Assembly: GCA_040143965.1 (NCBI GenBank)
Contig: JASJQH010000059.1
Coordinates: forward strand, 1-36,069
Reading direction: 5' to 3'
Length of the DNA: 36,069 nt
Origin: Basidiobolus ranarum
Taxonomy: Eukaryota
Part shown: in pieces, positions 20,990 through 35,373 of the stretch
Position numbering within the stretch: the stretch's first letter is position 1
How the letters are laid out: each line of letters starts with the position of its first letter
Notes under the pieces: model-generated
Told to the model about the DNA's origin: nothing
The model's input: the letters and a program-made list of their open reading frames with translations, nothing else
Database searches by the model: none
Translations under genes and position numbers: made by a program

Positions 20990-23505
20990 ATGGAGGACGA
21001 GTTATTCTATCTCCAACCTGAGTTCGACCCGACCAAATTAAGAGTAGTAGACTTGCGCCGAATTTTACTCAAACATGGCGTAGAATTCAATACAAACAGT
21101 AAAAAGCAAGTTCTTGTAGACTTATTTGACTTGTATATCACCCCAAATGCCGAACAATGGGTGAAGGATGTTAAAAAACTTCAAGGAAAAGATCGAAAAA
21201 ACTCCATCTTAGAAAAGCCCAAGGTACTATATTCAGAGGCAAATTTCATAAATGTAAAGGATTAACCTTACTTTCACTCATAGTCCAGGCCTTCATCCCC
21301 GATTTTCACTACACCCGGTAAAAGCATGCGTGTGGTAAGTTGTATTTTAAAGTGGAAATTTTACAGAAAACGTATTTATTTAAATTTGACCTTCCATTTT
21401 CTTCAACTTTTACAGAAAGAGGTAGTAAAGAATATTGAACTACTCAGTTCAGACGGAGAAAATTCTCCCCCTTCTAGAAGTGCTTCAAGACGTCGCGTAT
21501 CTAATGTTAGAGAGATTTCCTTCTTATCGTAGTAGACCAACAACTCATTGATGTTCATCTCTGCATTCTCTATACAATTGTAGGATGCTGAGTACTTTTC
21601 GGATGAAAACCCATTTCAAAGTGGAGACGAAGCTTCTGAAAGACCACGCCGTCGTACCAAGGTTTGCATTGAGATATCATGACTTGATGTTGTGACTGTG
21701 TACCTAATATCTGTACTTTTTTTAATAGACAAAAAAATCCACCCGTCATAGTATCAAGCGTACTGATTCTTCTCCAGCACCTTCACCCCATCGTTTTATG
21801 AACCCTAATTTCATGAAGGCCAACATGTCTGTCAACTATTCTCCTGATATTATGACACATCTCAAAACATCAAGCAGTGTTCATAACACTCCAACTGGTT
21901 CATCCGGTAGTAGTAAGGCTTTACCGCTTCCAAAGCGTTTAAGAACCACCGAAGCTACAGTATCTCGTAAATCGAAAGGGTATGGAATAGGCCCTTTCTG
22001 GACTTCTATATTGATAGCTTTACTAGGGTACGCAATATGGTACCGCCAAACGAGTATAAAGCTTGGTTATTGTCGTGAAGGACTTGAGGATATCGGTACG
22101 TCTAAGCACTTCTTTTGCACACTTGCATTGAACCGAGAATTTATACCTAAACATATTTGAAAACATAGAACAACCCGATGTGCCCTACCAATTCTTATAC
22201 CCTTCTTGTACTCCCTGTCCTCATCATGGTCTTTGTGAAGATACTCGGTTTCTCGGGTGTACTGAGAACTTCATCCCCAAAGCGCACCCAGTTACCAATC
22301 TTCTTTTCCCCCTTGAGATTGAATGTGTTACTGACTCGGAGACAATCTTGAGAAAGCAAAACTTAGTAAACCAGATGAAAGAGGAGCTGAGCTTACGTGC
22401 GGGCATGGTCGAGTGTGACCATGATATCCCTCAGAATGGGACTCTTGCGCGAAGCATTATTTCTAAAGCCGAACTAAAGGATATCATGGAGCAGCGTAAA
22501 GATGTGAGGGATATTTTGAAAGCCTACTGAGTAATTTGTTCCAACAACTAACTAATCAATTGAACCAGACGGGATTGAGCCTTAGTCAGCTTGACAAGCT
22601 TTGGGAATCAGCAGTTGATGAATTGATTAGTCAACGTCAGCATGTTCGGACGGAATGGGACGAAAGGTATGTATAACATTCCTATGGCTATTCCAATTCC
22701 TTGGGTAAATTTATCCATCGTGAACTCATTACTGACGATGATAATTTCACTAGCGGAAGCCCGTATTTTGTATCTCGTCAGCCTAGCTATCCTCTGGGAT
22801 GTCGGATTAAAAAGAAGTTCTCCGAGTTTATACATAAACATTTGCAGGAGCTTGGGGGGATCACCCTGATCATAGGGCTTGTATTCTACATTAGATATAG
22901 GTACCAAGGTGAGTGCCATATAGAAGTCAGACTCTGATATGTTAACTAAGCCCTGTTTGCTCTAGATTATAAGAATGAAGCCAAATTGGCAACTGAGCTG
23001 GTGGATACTGTATTGAATCGTTTAGTAGACCAGGTATGTATTTTTATGAGCTCAAGTCAATAGCTTGAGTGCTCACTCGTCAAATGTAGGAACACTATCA
23101 TTATGTAGATCCCGTGCAGCATCCAACAAATGTTCTTTCAGTTTCCCAACTTCGGGACACTTTACTCAGCTCTGAGCATAATCATGTTCGTCGACAGCGC
23201 ATATGGGAGAAGGTGCGTCGAGTGGTAGAAGCAAACTCCAATGTTCGCGCAGGAAAGATGGAGATCAAGGGAGAACCACATCGCGTGTGGGAATGGGTGG
23301 GAACTGCACCAACAGTGCCCAAGGTACTTTTCACAAATAACGATTATCGTGAATCAATTAATCATTTCTGTCTGTAATTTAAACCCTAAAATAGATACCC
23401 AGTACCCCGATATACCCTAAGCTCCATATTGATACGGAGACTCCTACGTCGGGGGTTATGGTTGAGGAAGAAACACCTTACCCTAAATCACCCATGAGTG
23501 ATTAG
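20990..23505 (+). CDS. Heh1/Src1/Man1-like inner nuclear membrane protein (HeH/LEM, 2 TM, MSC domain), multi-exon
   Basis: YLQPEFDP..L.V..LR.IL..H.V....KK..LV.LF; FSDENPFQSG; TM followed by GYC; C.PCP.H..C; LRD.LL...IW.KV..VVE.NSNVR....I.GE..RVWEW.G. Confidence 0.92.
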
Positions 23506-23911
23506 TTAATCAAAAAAGTAAATACGCAGTTCATAGTCAGGTCACTCATTCTACCCTTCTATCATTATTCTTTAATCACTTTCTTCCCCCCTTCCCCACC
23601 ACCGCAATTCTTCCTTATCTCCCATATTCATTAAACCGAATTTCTTTTGTTCATTTTTTCCCCATCAAGAAATCAATCAAGAAATCGGTTACTACCTTGA
23701 TGATAATGGTGATGTAATACTATAGTATAATGGTTTATATGCTCTACTTGTTTAAGTTACAGAGTTGATGAGTGCAAAGTACATACCAGAGAGAATGTCT
23801 GGGTGTTGTATGAAGGGATGCTCTTATACTCAAAGTTTATTCAAAAGAAAGTTGAGTGGCTTCTCCGAGATGTTCCTGGATTGACCTAGATATTACGAAT
23901 TCATTCTATGT

Positions 23912-26511
23912 TCATTGCTCAGAGTTATTTAACATTTGTCTTTCCATTAATCTTCGGAAAGTTCCATTTTCTCTATGACTCAGCTCGTAGAAGGATCCTT
24001 CTTCGTGTACTCTTCCATCTTGCAAACATATCACAACGTCTGAGATACGAATGGTAGAGATTCGATGGGCAATGGTTAAAGTAGTGCGATTTAAAGTAAG
24101 ACGATCTAATGCTTCTTGCACCCAATATTCACTTTCACCATCTAAAGCGGAGGTGGCTTCATCGAGTATCAGGATACGTGGATTTTTTAATAAAGCCCTA
24201 GCGATAGCAATTCTGATAGAAAGTAGTATATCAATGAAGAAACCTAGAATAAAGAGTGAACCAAGTAGAGCTATTCAAAGTTTACCTTTGTTTTTGTCCA
24301 CCAGATAAACTGATCCCTCGTTCTCCTACATATGTATCAAACCCATCTCGGAAGTTTTCTATAAAGTTACAATTCGCTTGACGTGCTGCTTCTTCTATCT
24401 CTGCACGAGTCGCCCCTTTCTTACCATAGGCGATATTCTCCCCGATAGTGGCGGCGAAAAGAGTAGGCTCTTGACTTACAATCCCTATTTGTTCGCGTAA
24501 CCAGCGCAGATTCAGAGTGCGTATATCATGACCATCAATCAAGATAGACCCTTGAATGGGATCATAGTATCGTAGTAGCAGAGAAGATACGGTACTCTTA
24601 CCACCACCGGAAGAACCGGTAATAGCTAATATCAAGAATCTGTTAGATCGATTCAAGTGGGGGAGGGATTTCTCATTTTACCTAACATCTTTCCAGGTTG
24701 AATGGAGAAAGTTAAGTCTTTGAAAATCTTATTTCCTGGTCGAGTGGGATAGGCGAATTGAACATTTTGAAAGGAAATTTCGCCTTTGATATCGTCCAAT
24801 ATTTTCCCACCTATATATTATGAAGGAAGTTTAATCATTAAAGAGGATGAGAAGCACTCAAATTTCATTACAACCTTCATTCGAAATATCGGGTCGTTGG
24901 TCCATCAGTTCAAACAATCTAGTGCTTGCTCCGATACCCTTCATCACCTCAGAATAGAAGTTGGTCAAACCTAATTTCTGAAAATATGAATAATCAGTTG
25001 GCAATTGATAGAGCTGAGGTCCCAAACGTACCCATGAGAGAAGATCCAACATACACAGTATAAAGCATGAATGAAGTGAGTTGACCTACGGTAATGGTCC
25101 CTTCCATCACCATACGTCCTCCAAGCCCAAGCAAAGCCAAGATGGTCAAATTTCCCGCCAAACTAGTCTAAATAATCCGTTAATATCTAAAGGATCCGTG
25201 AGATTAGGTGATAGAGATATATGTTGGTGTTTACCCCTCCAAAGAAGATTCCATTTGCCAGGGCCTCCTTTTTGGCAAGATTAAAGATATCTTGAACACG
25301 TAATTCGTATCGGTTTAATTCACTAGATTCTCGAACGAATGCTTGTACAGTACGAATATTGCCTATTCGCTCCTCGGCTATTTTGGTGATTGCCCCCAAA
25401 GCGTCTTGAGTTTGTCGGGAAAGTTCTTTTACATATCTGCCATAGAATACACCTCCAAGGGCCACGGGTGGAACGATCATCATCATAGTCAGCTATTCGA
25501 TAGATCAATTGAAATCCACATTGATGTATAGATATGAGGAGTACTTACCGTTAATTCGCCGCTCACATACACCATAGTAGTCAGACCTGCAACGGCGGTG
25601 ATGATACTCCTGCAAATCAAAGAGTTTAGTCAATGAAATATTCTATCTCTTGACATAAATAACCTACTTCAAGCCATCCGAGATATTATTGGAGATGGTC
25701 TTTCCAACCACAGCTGTGTCCAAAGAAAGCCTTGATATTAATTCACCACTACGGTTGGAGTCGAAAAACGTCATATCCTTCTTCATGATTGATTCATAAA
25801 GATTGGTGCGCAAGCGAGCGATCACCTTTTCACCAGCTATACGGATTAACAAAATCCTGGCAATATTGGCCAATGCTCCACAGGCAAACACCCCACCAAG
25901 TAAGGCAAAAAATTGAGGTAGCTCCAGGTCAAAAGGGATATTGGAGCTTTCTGTGACGATATCTATAATTTTGCCCATCGAGAATGGTACGGACTACACA
26001 TGTAATTAGATAATCGAGGCGTTAACTAACATCAATCATCCGTACATACCATGGTAATAGCTGAGGATATGAAGAGCAAACCGATGGCACCTATAAAATT
26101 TCATTTAATTGGGAAAATTTACACCAAGTGACCCTGGCAGAATATACCTGAAATCAGCCTCGCTTCTGGTCTAGCCAACTTTATCAATCTCATGGCATGC
26201 TTCCAGTCTTGGAGTCCTGCTCTCCCCTTGACTGGTATTCCATCGGGCCTTATTGAAGGGATATTGAGTTTCGCCTTTTCTACTAAACCAGTTGTTTTCG
26301 TAAGTCGATGAAAAGGAACCAATGGTGTCAGAACTTTACCTATGGGCCTTAGGGTATTGGGTGGATTTGAAAGAGGTCGTATGCCATATATAAAACTAGT
26401 CTTGAAAGGATTCACTCGTGGTAGAGAAGTTAAGCGAGGAGTTGAAGTGGGCAAAGCTCGTGAAAAGTGAATTATATTTGTACGAACTCCATATCGCAAA
26501 GAGGAATACAT
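23912..26511 (-). CDS. MDL1: Mitochondrial half-size ABC transporter (Mdl1/ABCB10-like), multi-exon
   Basis: Basic/Ser-rich presequence; [25 protein letters not shown]; Walker [34 protein letters not shown]. Confidence 0.92.
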
Positions 26512-27115
26512 AGTAATCAGTAAAATCTAAAGTCTCTATCCTTTTCAACGAGATATTGAGGATGATTCTACTTCCTATCCATTTTCAATCAAGTCCGAAG
26601 CTCTTCTTAAGCAAGTTGGTGGGTATCTAGTCGAGATATTCCAACCATCCTGAGGATCAAATCCTATGCGTTCAGTTCCACACAAGCACAAGTACGAGCA
26701 AGTAACATTTGCTAAAGAGAGGAAACCTTACATTAGGAACCTTCGGGGTTTCTCCGATGCAACGTTTACCACCATGAGTATACCACATATTCACCAATAG
26801 TCACTAGACAATGTTGTACTGGTGGATACCCAATATAGGTAAATTGAACACCAAACATAAATGTTGTACACTGATTGTAATCAAGGCCAATCTAGTAGAA
26901 GGCTTTCTGTGCGCCACTGAAAGTTTTCAAATTTGGCTGATAGATTGTGGAGGCACACTCATCCACACACCCATCAAATTCGATCTGCATAATTCCGAAT
27001 ATTCCTTTAGTCCTGATTCGACACTTATATGGATTAAAATTTGATAAACATTTAAAGAGGACAAGGCATTGAAAGGTTAACTGAACCACACCCATTATTT
27101 TTTCAACTAACCTCT

Positions 27116-28538
27116 ATGATGCCAGAATTTGAGGTACACTTGGATTATTTTGTTATTGAACTTGAGTAACGACTCACAATTTCTTTTCAAGATATGTATT
27201 GACTCGGTAATTTCTGCCGAAAACGCTGGTATTTATTTAATAGACTTTGTATTCCCCGAACTTGTCTTAATTTTGAAGTAGAGAAAGCTGGTGCTTGCAG
27301 AGTTGAGTTATGTGACAATTTGGTTGAAGGAGGAACCACTCCTTCTGCAGGTATGAAAGAAACTACTTTAATTCACGATAAAAGATTTAACCTGTGTTTA
27401 AATTTCGTCTAGCTATGATAGAACTAGTCAAATCTCGAGTTCAAATTCCAGTTATGGTAAGATATACTTGAAACCAACACTATACCATAGCACTTAACGC
27501 TTCCATTTATTTTTTGACCCAGGTTATGATTAGACCACGGTATGTAAGAAATTTGTATGAAGAACAGACCATGAATAATGGATAAATTTCTTTATTAATT
27601 GGTAGTGGTGGAGACTTTTGTTATACTGAAGATGAGTTTTGGATTATGAAACGAGATATTGAGGTATATCACACAAGGGAACTTATTGAATCCAATTATG
27701 TACTAAAATTCTAGCTGATTTTAGCTATGTAAAGAGTGGGGAGTTTACGGTGTAGTATTTGGCATTCTTACCCATGATGGTTTCGTTGATGTGGTGAAAT
27801 GTAGAGAGTTAGTAAGACTTTCCATTCAATACTTCCAAAGTTCTCGTCTCTGACCTATGACTATCTTTTAGATTGGTCGAATTAGCGAAACCTATGAAAG
27901 GTAAGAGTGGGAGTAGTGTTTGGGAGTAGTGTTTGGGAGTAGTGTTTTTATTCTAACCATGATCTAATATTCATCTATCTGTATCTAGTTACCTTCCATC
28001 GTGCCTTCGATATGGCCAATGACCCTTACAAAGCTTTGGAGGATGTGATCTCAATTGGAGGTATTGAGCGAATTTTGACCAGGTAATTAAACCTCACATG
28101 AACCCAATTCAGCTATCAATTCAGCCATCAATTCAGAATATTCAATAACAACTCGCACATCTCACAGTGGTCAAGAGAAGAGTGTCCTTGAAGGATCCGA
28201 GTGTATTGCAGAGTTAGTAAGACGTGCTGGTGATCGAATGATTATCCTACCAGGTGGAGGTAAATTAAAATGATCCAAAAGAATGGATAGTTATTCCATG
28301 GAACTGATCTGAGCTCCCTCACCTCTTAGGTATAACCGAGAGAAATATTCAACGTATCCTTAAACTTACCAACGTTAAGGAAATTCACGTCTCTGCCAGT
28401 GGGTCAAAGCCATCTCTCATGGATTATCGCAATCCCAATTGTTCCATGGGATTTACCTTAACTAGTCAAGAATATTCCATCAAAATTGCTAGTCAAGAAC
28501 GCATTCGAAATATGATGGAGAATACTAGAAATACATAA
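27116..28538 (+). CDS. CUTC: CutC-family copper homeostasis protein (TIM barrel), about 11 short exons; absent from the ORF track
   Basis: Manual splicing gives MMPEFE-ICIDSV.SA..A-EKAGA.RVELC.NL.EGGTTPS-...-VMIRPR-GGDFCY-...GVVFGILT.DG.VD-...-VTFHRAFD-RILTSG-ILPGGGI...EIH.S...RNP..SMG, stop TAA at 28538. Confidence 0.92.
27908..27946. repeat. 13-bp tandem repeat x3 in a CutC intron
   Basis: (tgggagtagtgtt) x3. Confidence 0.9.
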
Positions 28539-28733
28539 TTTAGACGTTGCATAATTAATATAGAAATGATGGGTTTCTAGTGAATAAAAATTGGAGTGTT
28601 TATTATCTTATTCCAAAATAAAGTACAGATTCATTTGTGTGATAAGTAGGGGAGTAAGAGTGGTAAGGAGATGAGACTTTCGGAAGTAAAAAAGAATGGA
28701 ACTTTGCTAACGAATATACATAAATAAAAAAGG

Positions 28734-31700
28734 TTAATTGGAAATTTGATGACTACATTCATCCGTTTCTTCGTCAACCTTCTTAAAGTAGATCTTTAAT
28801 TGCTGATTAAGTTCCTCTAGAAGCCATTGAAGTTTATCCAATTTTTTAGTGAAACCTGGATTTTCATCAGATAATAGAGTGGTAATGGAGCTCTCCAAGT
28901 CGGAAATAAGCGAGTCTAGTACAGTGTATGGGAGGTATCGAGATGTAAGCTTAGCGGTGACTGGATGAACTACTGATAATTCCTTGCGTATCTGTTGAAG
29001 TGCACATTGTGCTGCTTCTTCAACCAATTCATACTTCATACAAATTCGAATGAAATCTTCACAGTTGTAGGCCAAATAGGTCTGAGCTAACCAAGGTGGA
29101 AGCACCATTTCACTTGTGGAAGATAAGAACCTTTCAATGACACACTTGTAGTATTTGAAACAGGTGGCTGAGGAGTCATGTTGCTTCAAGTACTTCGAGA
29201 GTAGCTTCCAAGTGCGATCTGATACAGAGCCATCCCAAGTGGCCATACCATCATTAACCAGAATCATATCATTATCATCGATGGGCTTGTCGAGCCTATC
29301 ATGGTCTACAAGTTGAATGCATTTGAATGTAAGTGACTCGAAAATATGTGTCAAGTCCATCTTGAAGGTCACAGCAGTGGAGATGGCCATGTCATACATT
29401 CCAGCTTGGACGAAGAGTGTGACGATATCGTTGGGCTCCATGGAATAACCAGACGATTCCAATTCAGGGTAACGTCCAATAAGTTGAATCTTCGATATAC
29501 ACAGGGAATACTCTTGCTTGATATCCTCAAGTTTGACTACACGGTAATCGTCTTCACGGTTAATGTCAGTGACATAATTAGAAGTACCGAGGTGAAGTCT
29601 CTTTCTGCTACGTTTGTCATTGTCGGCCAAATCACTGGGGCCTTTCATGACAATCCACGCGTAAGGTTCGTCGACCATATGTAGAGCGTTGATGGCAGCA
29701 AGATAACTCTTGCTCCTTTCAGCAGAGATTTTCATAAAGAGGGTAGGGGTATCAACAGTTCCCAAACGACGTGCATACCTGTACATAGCAGCGGCAGCAT
29801 TTCGGTAGTCTCCGCGGAATACATGATAAACATATAGGATTTTGTAATAATTGGGTGTAGCCAATACATCACCATGTCTGGCCTTCAAAAGTAATGTTTG
29901 CTCAACCTCCTGTTGAAGCCCAACGAAAGAAAAGCGACAAAGACGATCAGCTTGATTGTTTTCGCACATCACAGTCAATAAATGACGGAGGCAATCACGT
30001 TTGGTATCCTGCTCAGGGTTAGACATGATAGCAAGATAGGCTTCTTCATACTGGCCAAGCTCAAGAGCACTCTTGAAAAGTTTGACTGATAATGGCTTAG
30101 TCAATTCCTTTGAGTGAGTCGACTGCTTCTCTAAAGCGTTGAGAGCTATCTTCGCAAAGATCATAACATGTTCATAGGCATTGTGTTCTTCAAACATACC
30201 GGCAATGTGATGGTAAAAGCAGGGAAGATCTTGGCATGTATTAGGATTGATAACATATGCAAGATCGCTTTTAGTAATGCCAAACGACTCATCCACTCCG
30301 ATAGCAGCAGATTCGAAGGATCTTTGAGCCTCATCAAATCTACCAGAGGTAAGATGTACTTTTCCCCAAAGATACATCACTGCAGGACTCTTGATTAAGA
30401 AACTGAGAAATTGAGCAGCAAGATCGGAATATCCGAAAACAACCAAACGATATGCGAATTTGATTTGAGAAGGTTGGGTAGAGATCGAAAGAGAAGAATC
30501 GGCTAATGATATCTTGTGTAAGAACTGAGATACTGCTTGATTCAATAGAACGCTAACTTGTGTGGAAGCAAAGTTCAAATGGATAGGATAGTGATGATGC
30601 AAGAGAGTGTGTACGAGGCTATAGCTCAAAGTTCCGGAAGCCCCAGCTGACTCAGAAACGTTGAGGGTGGCGAATTTTCCAACGAAATTCTCCGTTTCTT
30701 CCGAGAATGAGTCCTCTGGATACTCTTCGACTTTGGGGCGTGCTTTTTCTACAACCTGTGTTGACATCCAGTTCAATAAGGAGTAAGAATGCATAGCAGA
30801 CATGCTGCAAGAGAATACTGATACTGAATTGCTCATCAGCTTACGATGACCATCGAAAACCAACACTACAGACATGAGCAAAAACAAATTACGACTGAAA
30901 GCGTAACGAGATCCTACGACTTGTTGAATACCCATAGCGACAATAGCATCCATGAGCATACTGGTTTTGAAGATTAACTGAGTAGAGTCACTGTCATTGT
31001 GTAGAGACTCGGGCTTGACATCAACAAGCGAATCGAGCAAAACACTTATAGTTCCCTTGATATCGTTACATGACTTCAAAAGATTAAATACGCGTTTGAT
31101 CAATGCGGGCGAAATAAAAGTAGCAAGGTGTTTATCATAGAACTCCTGTGCAAAAGTTTCAACAGAAAGGAAGAGTGGATTGGACAATACAGAGCAAAGA
31201 TCCTCCTCAAGACTGGCCATATTACCTGAAGGAATAGCTTGAGCGATAGTCTTCAGACACTTGCTAAGCTTGACAATATCTCCGCGAATATCATTGACTG
31301 AGATCTGAGAGTACGAAGAAGCGAGAAGTTTAGAAGAAACCAGTGAAAGACCTGCAAGTTCCAAATCACCATTCAAATGATGGTATAAAGCTTCCATGGG
31401 ATCACAAACACGAACGGTGGAGAAGCCCTCACGCTTGACAACGAATACAGTGTGGGTTAAAGATAACATCGATAGGCCCAGGGGGGTATTGGCTCGATTG
31501 TGTAATTCGATACAGGTAGAGACAAAACGAAGCCATTCTACCTTTGCTCTTTTCTCAATTTCCTCAGGTGTGTCATCAGTGTCGTTGATAAAATCTGCAG
31601 ACCCAACTATGGTGGAGATTTGTTCGCGAACGTCAACTCTACAAAGACGGGATTTGCTAAGAGTGGACTGCTCACTGACGAACAAGCCCAATGCTTCGTT

Positions 31701-33324
31701 AAGCACAGAGGTTGAGAATCTTCCGGGATAGAACAAGTACTCGATAAACACATGCTTCATGCCATCCGATGAATTCTGTAAAAGAGAATCGAAATAATCT
31801 ACATCGACCTCAGGTTTCAGCGCGGCAATGATTGACCACCACCTCTGGCCGTAATTAGATTGATCCTTGACATCCTCAGTGTCGATTTCGAAATAAATGG
31901 GGATTTGAGTCATTCTCAAAACCGCTTGATTTTGTCTTTCCCACAACGTCCATAGAGACCAAAGGTTGTCATTGTTCTTTCTAGGAGGGGAGATTTGGAA
32001 CTCAACTAGAGATTCTGGAACTTGCCCTCCGCTTTGACTGGATGAATAAGTCTTCTTATGGACCAACTCCAAATCAATCAGATTCCCTGAACAGTCAACT
32101 TGACCACGGAAAACTCCAAAGTAAGGATTCGACTCGGATGGAACATACACCACAAGGTTGAATATCGATCCATCGGTTTCGGACTCGGCCTTTACTACAG
32201 AGATATAGGGCTTAGGAAGTGGTGGAAGAGGAATCTCAGGGTGCGCTGAATCCGAGTCGAATAAAGAAATGGTTTTAACACATGATTGCGTCCCCAATGA
32301 CCATATTCTAAGTTTTCTGTCACGGCATAATGAAAATACGAAAGCATTAAGTGACAAATAGTCGAAGGAAGCAAGCGATATCGGTTGCGAAAGTGAAAAT
32401 TTGCCAAGGTCGGAAGAATGTGACCCTCCATAATCCGAGTTACTGAGTTTTGAAAGAAAACGGCTGGGGACGATGGGAAGAAAGCTTTTCACTTGAGATA
32501 GGAAGTTGTTTTCCACAAGATTATACTGGCGAAAGTGTTCTAAAGTAAAGTCAGTATCTTGCATGTAGAAGGTCAAAAATTATGGAATATAGAAAATATA
32601 TTGCAAACAAACCTGAAGATATCTCATACTCGTTCTCCCCAAGGCTTTGTTCTATCTGACCACCACATGCTAAATCGATAGCTGTGAGAGAGCCATTGGT
32701 GAAGGTAACCACCGCAAGCTCAGCATTAACAGAATGAAATAAGATTGGAACTCTGTTATCGGTAATATCGAGTCTATAATATTTGCAGTAGTCTCTAGGC
32801 AATGGGTTGGCATGGAAGAGATTATTGAAAGGGAAAGAAAAGCGATATACAAGCCCAGACTCTGTGAGCAATAAACAGGTAAGTGAGCGAGAATCATAAT
32901 CCTCATAAAACGATACACCAGGTTGGATCTTCGTAGGGAAAACAAAGTAAACAGGTTTTGAAGACTCAATTTCGTCGTAATGGAAGATTGCAGCTGAGCG
33001 AGGTCCACCTTGAAGCTCGATGCCATCACCGAGTGGAGGAGTAACCAAAGAAAGATGTCTAAATTCTAAAATTCTTCCGTCACCAATAACTCGCCACGAA
33101 ATGAAGTTATTCAACTGAAAAGAAACTCGGTAAGTAGAACCGAATGAAGGTTCTTCCGTTTCAAGTGATAAATTAGGGGATGACTCTGGAAGATCTTCGT
33201 CTAACAAATCCTCTGGATATGGAACATGGTGATAGGTAGGAGCTGTGTTGCTAGAGCAAAAATCCAGTTGTAAAGGTACCTCCTTATACCACCAAAACGA
33301 TTCTGGGTTTTGTATGGCTGGCAT
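28734..33324 (-). CDS. NUP160: Nucleoporin Nup120/Nup160, 2 exons (intron about 32558-32612), about 1510 aa
   Basis: N-terminal YKEV, FISWR; FSLCRDRKLRIWSL; YLF.PGRFS; helical C-terminus with YEEAY.AI, DCLR.L..VMCE, YYKILY.YH..RGDYRNAA..MY. A 55-nt GT-AG intron joins the two ORFs in frame. Confidence 0.9.
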
Positions 33325-33784
33325 AATTCACTCTTCTATGGACAAAGGACTTACTTCAAACGAGAACAACCACTTACTAAAAAACAAGTATCCTAGCGTG
33401 TTTTCCTTCGGACACGCGAAATTGACGAAAAAAAAAGACAAAATAATGAATGGATCGTAGTCAATATATACGATCTAAATGTGATTGGCAATTGATATCA
33501 TAATAAACATGAATCAATGCGCAATGCACCCAAATTAAACTAGAAGCATATTTTGCCAGACAAAAAGATGTTTTGAAAGCGATTTTCTATGATTAACTTT
33601 ATTTATGAGCTAAATGAGGGCAAAAATTTACAATACCAGAAAGAAAGCAGTTGCTAGATAGCAAGAATTATGTCATATTAGCCCTTGATAGAAGAAATGT
33701 TTCATTAAAATAGCGTCTGAAATACACAAGATTCTGGCTCCTATTTTATGCTGTTGTGACAAAAGATGCTTATACCGAGAGGAA

Positions 33785-35093
33785 CTACAAGAAGAAGCGT
33801 CTTCTACTGGTCTCCATCTCTGACTTGAAGATCCATTCATATTCACCATTCTTGGGATCGAACAGCCCCTTCTGCAGCCACTTGAGCTTCAAGGTAAAGC
33901 GCGGGCCAAGTTCTTGGAGATCAGCACGCTTACCACTCTTGAATACATATCTAATTACAAAAACGCTGTTCAGTATCTACATTCCATGATGCCACTAAGA
34001 AGTAAAGCAATACCTGTGACGACGGAAGAAAATGAAATCACGTTGATTGTGGAACGTAGCCACTTGGCGGCCTTGGAACTCGGGCACATGGGGGAACAGA
34101 GAAGTAAACATTCTTCCAATGGTATGACCAAGTCGGGTATTGAAGTTATTCATAATGATCTCAGGTTTATGCGCAGAGGAGCGGCCATGACCCTATTGCG
34201 TCAACACAAAGCTTAGAAACTCTATCTCGACAATCACGACAATCTATATATACCTGAATGCGTTTGCCAGGGACGATGGAACTCAATTTGAAGTACGCTG
34301 TAGGCCCGTTGGGTAAATGCACGAGGGTTAAGGCGTCTACGTTTCCAAAAATTAGTCTTGACTCAGGGAAAAAGAACAGAATGTACACATACTAGGTTCC
34401 TTTCTGTCCTCGTTGACAATGATTACATCGGTATAATCCCTGTTGATACAAAATTGAACAATGTCCTGAATCTCAAACTGAGACTTTCTTTTGACAAATT
34501 GAGAGTTGGGAAAGACGGATAGAAGCTCCTCAGCAAACTCGTACACATTCTTTGTTGAATGAAGTGCGTTAGTTGTTTAGAATATTCAGAGTTTGCAAAG
34601 TTAAGAGAGTCTTTTGTACCGGACTAGGTCTTTTGCTGGTAGTGATTAACATTTTAGGAGCTTTTCCATCGAAGAATTGAGCAAACTCATCCTGAGCTTC
34701 ATCTTCAGCAACCTGTTAATACAACAATAAAAGAGGGGATGTTGAGTATCTGTCAATGGTATTCTTTACTACTCAGATAAGCTATACAACTTACCTCCTC
34801 GTCATTCTCAACAACAGTCTCATCGAACTCCCTGGTATTTTCCAGGGTTTTGGGGACATTTTGTTTTAAACGTTCCTTAAAAAATAGTTAAAGATTAACA
34901 AGTCAGTCGCCGGGAAGTCTGAAGTCTAAAAACAAACCTCTTTCTTATCAGGATCTTCGAGTTCTTCTTGGCGACGTCTTTCTCTAACCTCTCTTCTCTT
35001 TTTAGCCTTGTTTTGCTTCAGCTTTAGGTGAAGCTCTTCACGCTTGATTTTATTCTTAACGTCGGCCAAATTAACTAAAGGAGCGTCACTCAT
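33785..35093 (-). CDS. RPF1: Ribosome production factor 1 (Brix domain), multi-exon
   Basis: [27 protein letters not shown]...[67 protein letters not shown]-stop. Confidence 0.93.
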
Positions 35094-35373
35094 ATCTATA
35101 ATTTTCTATATTTCGCCTCGAAAGTCTGTAACAGCTAACGTCTAATACCATATAATATACACCACCCTACAGCTGGTCGTTTACTTTTTTTTTATCTTTT
35201 TTTTTTGTTTCACACCATGGAGACTATACCTCTACCAATTTAAGATCTATCTGCTATGGAAAATTTAATGCCATTGATCTGATCTGACCTGATCTGATGT
35301 AATGGAGTCTATTGGACATGCTTGATCAAATGGTTAATTTTCAAGTTTATTTTCAATTCATATATACTTTAGT

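Noticed and set aside
23381-23390. aaaccctaaa as another telomeric tract or telobox
   Set aside because: Single unit at the branch-point position (CTAA) of a Heh1 intron
4971-28538. Metal-homeostasis cluster (Cu-LPMO, Ni-urease, VOC, ABC transporter, CutC)
   Set aside because: CutC and MDL1 are more than 12 kb away among unrelated housekeeping genes; co-occurrence is likely chance
33413-33421. CACGCGAAA MCB/SCB-like cell-cycle element upstream of Nup160
   Set aside because: A single short motif, not distinguishable from chance without conservation data
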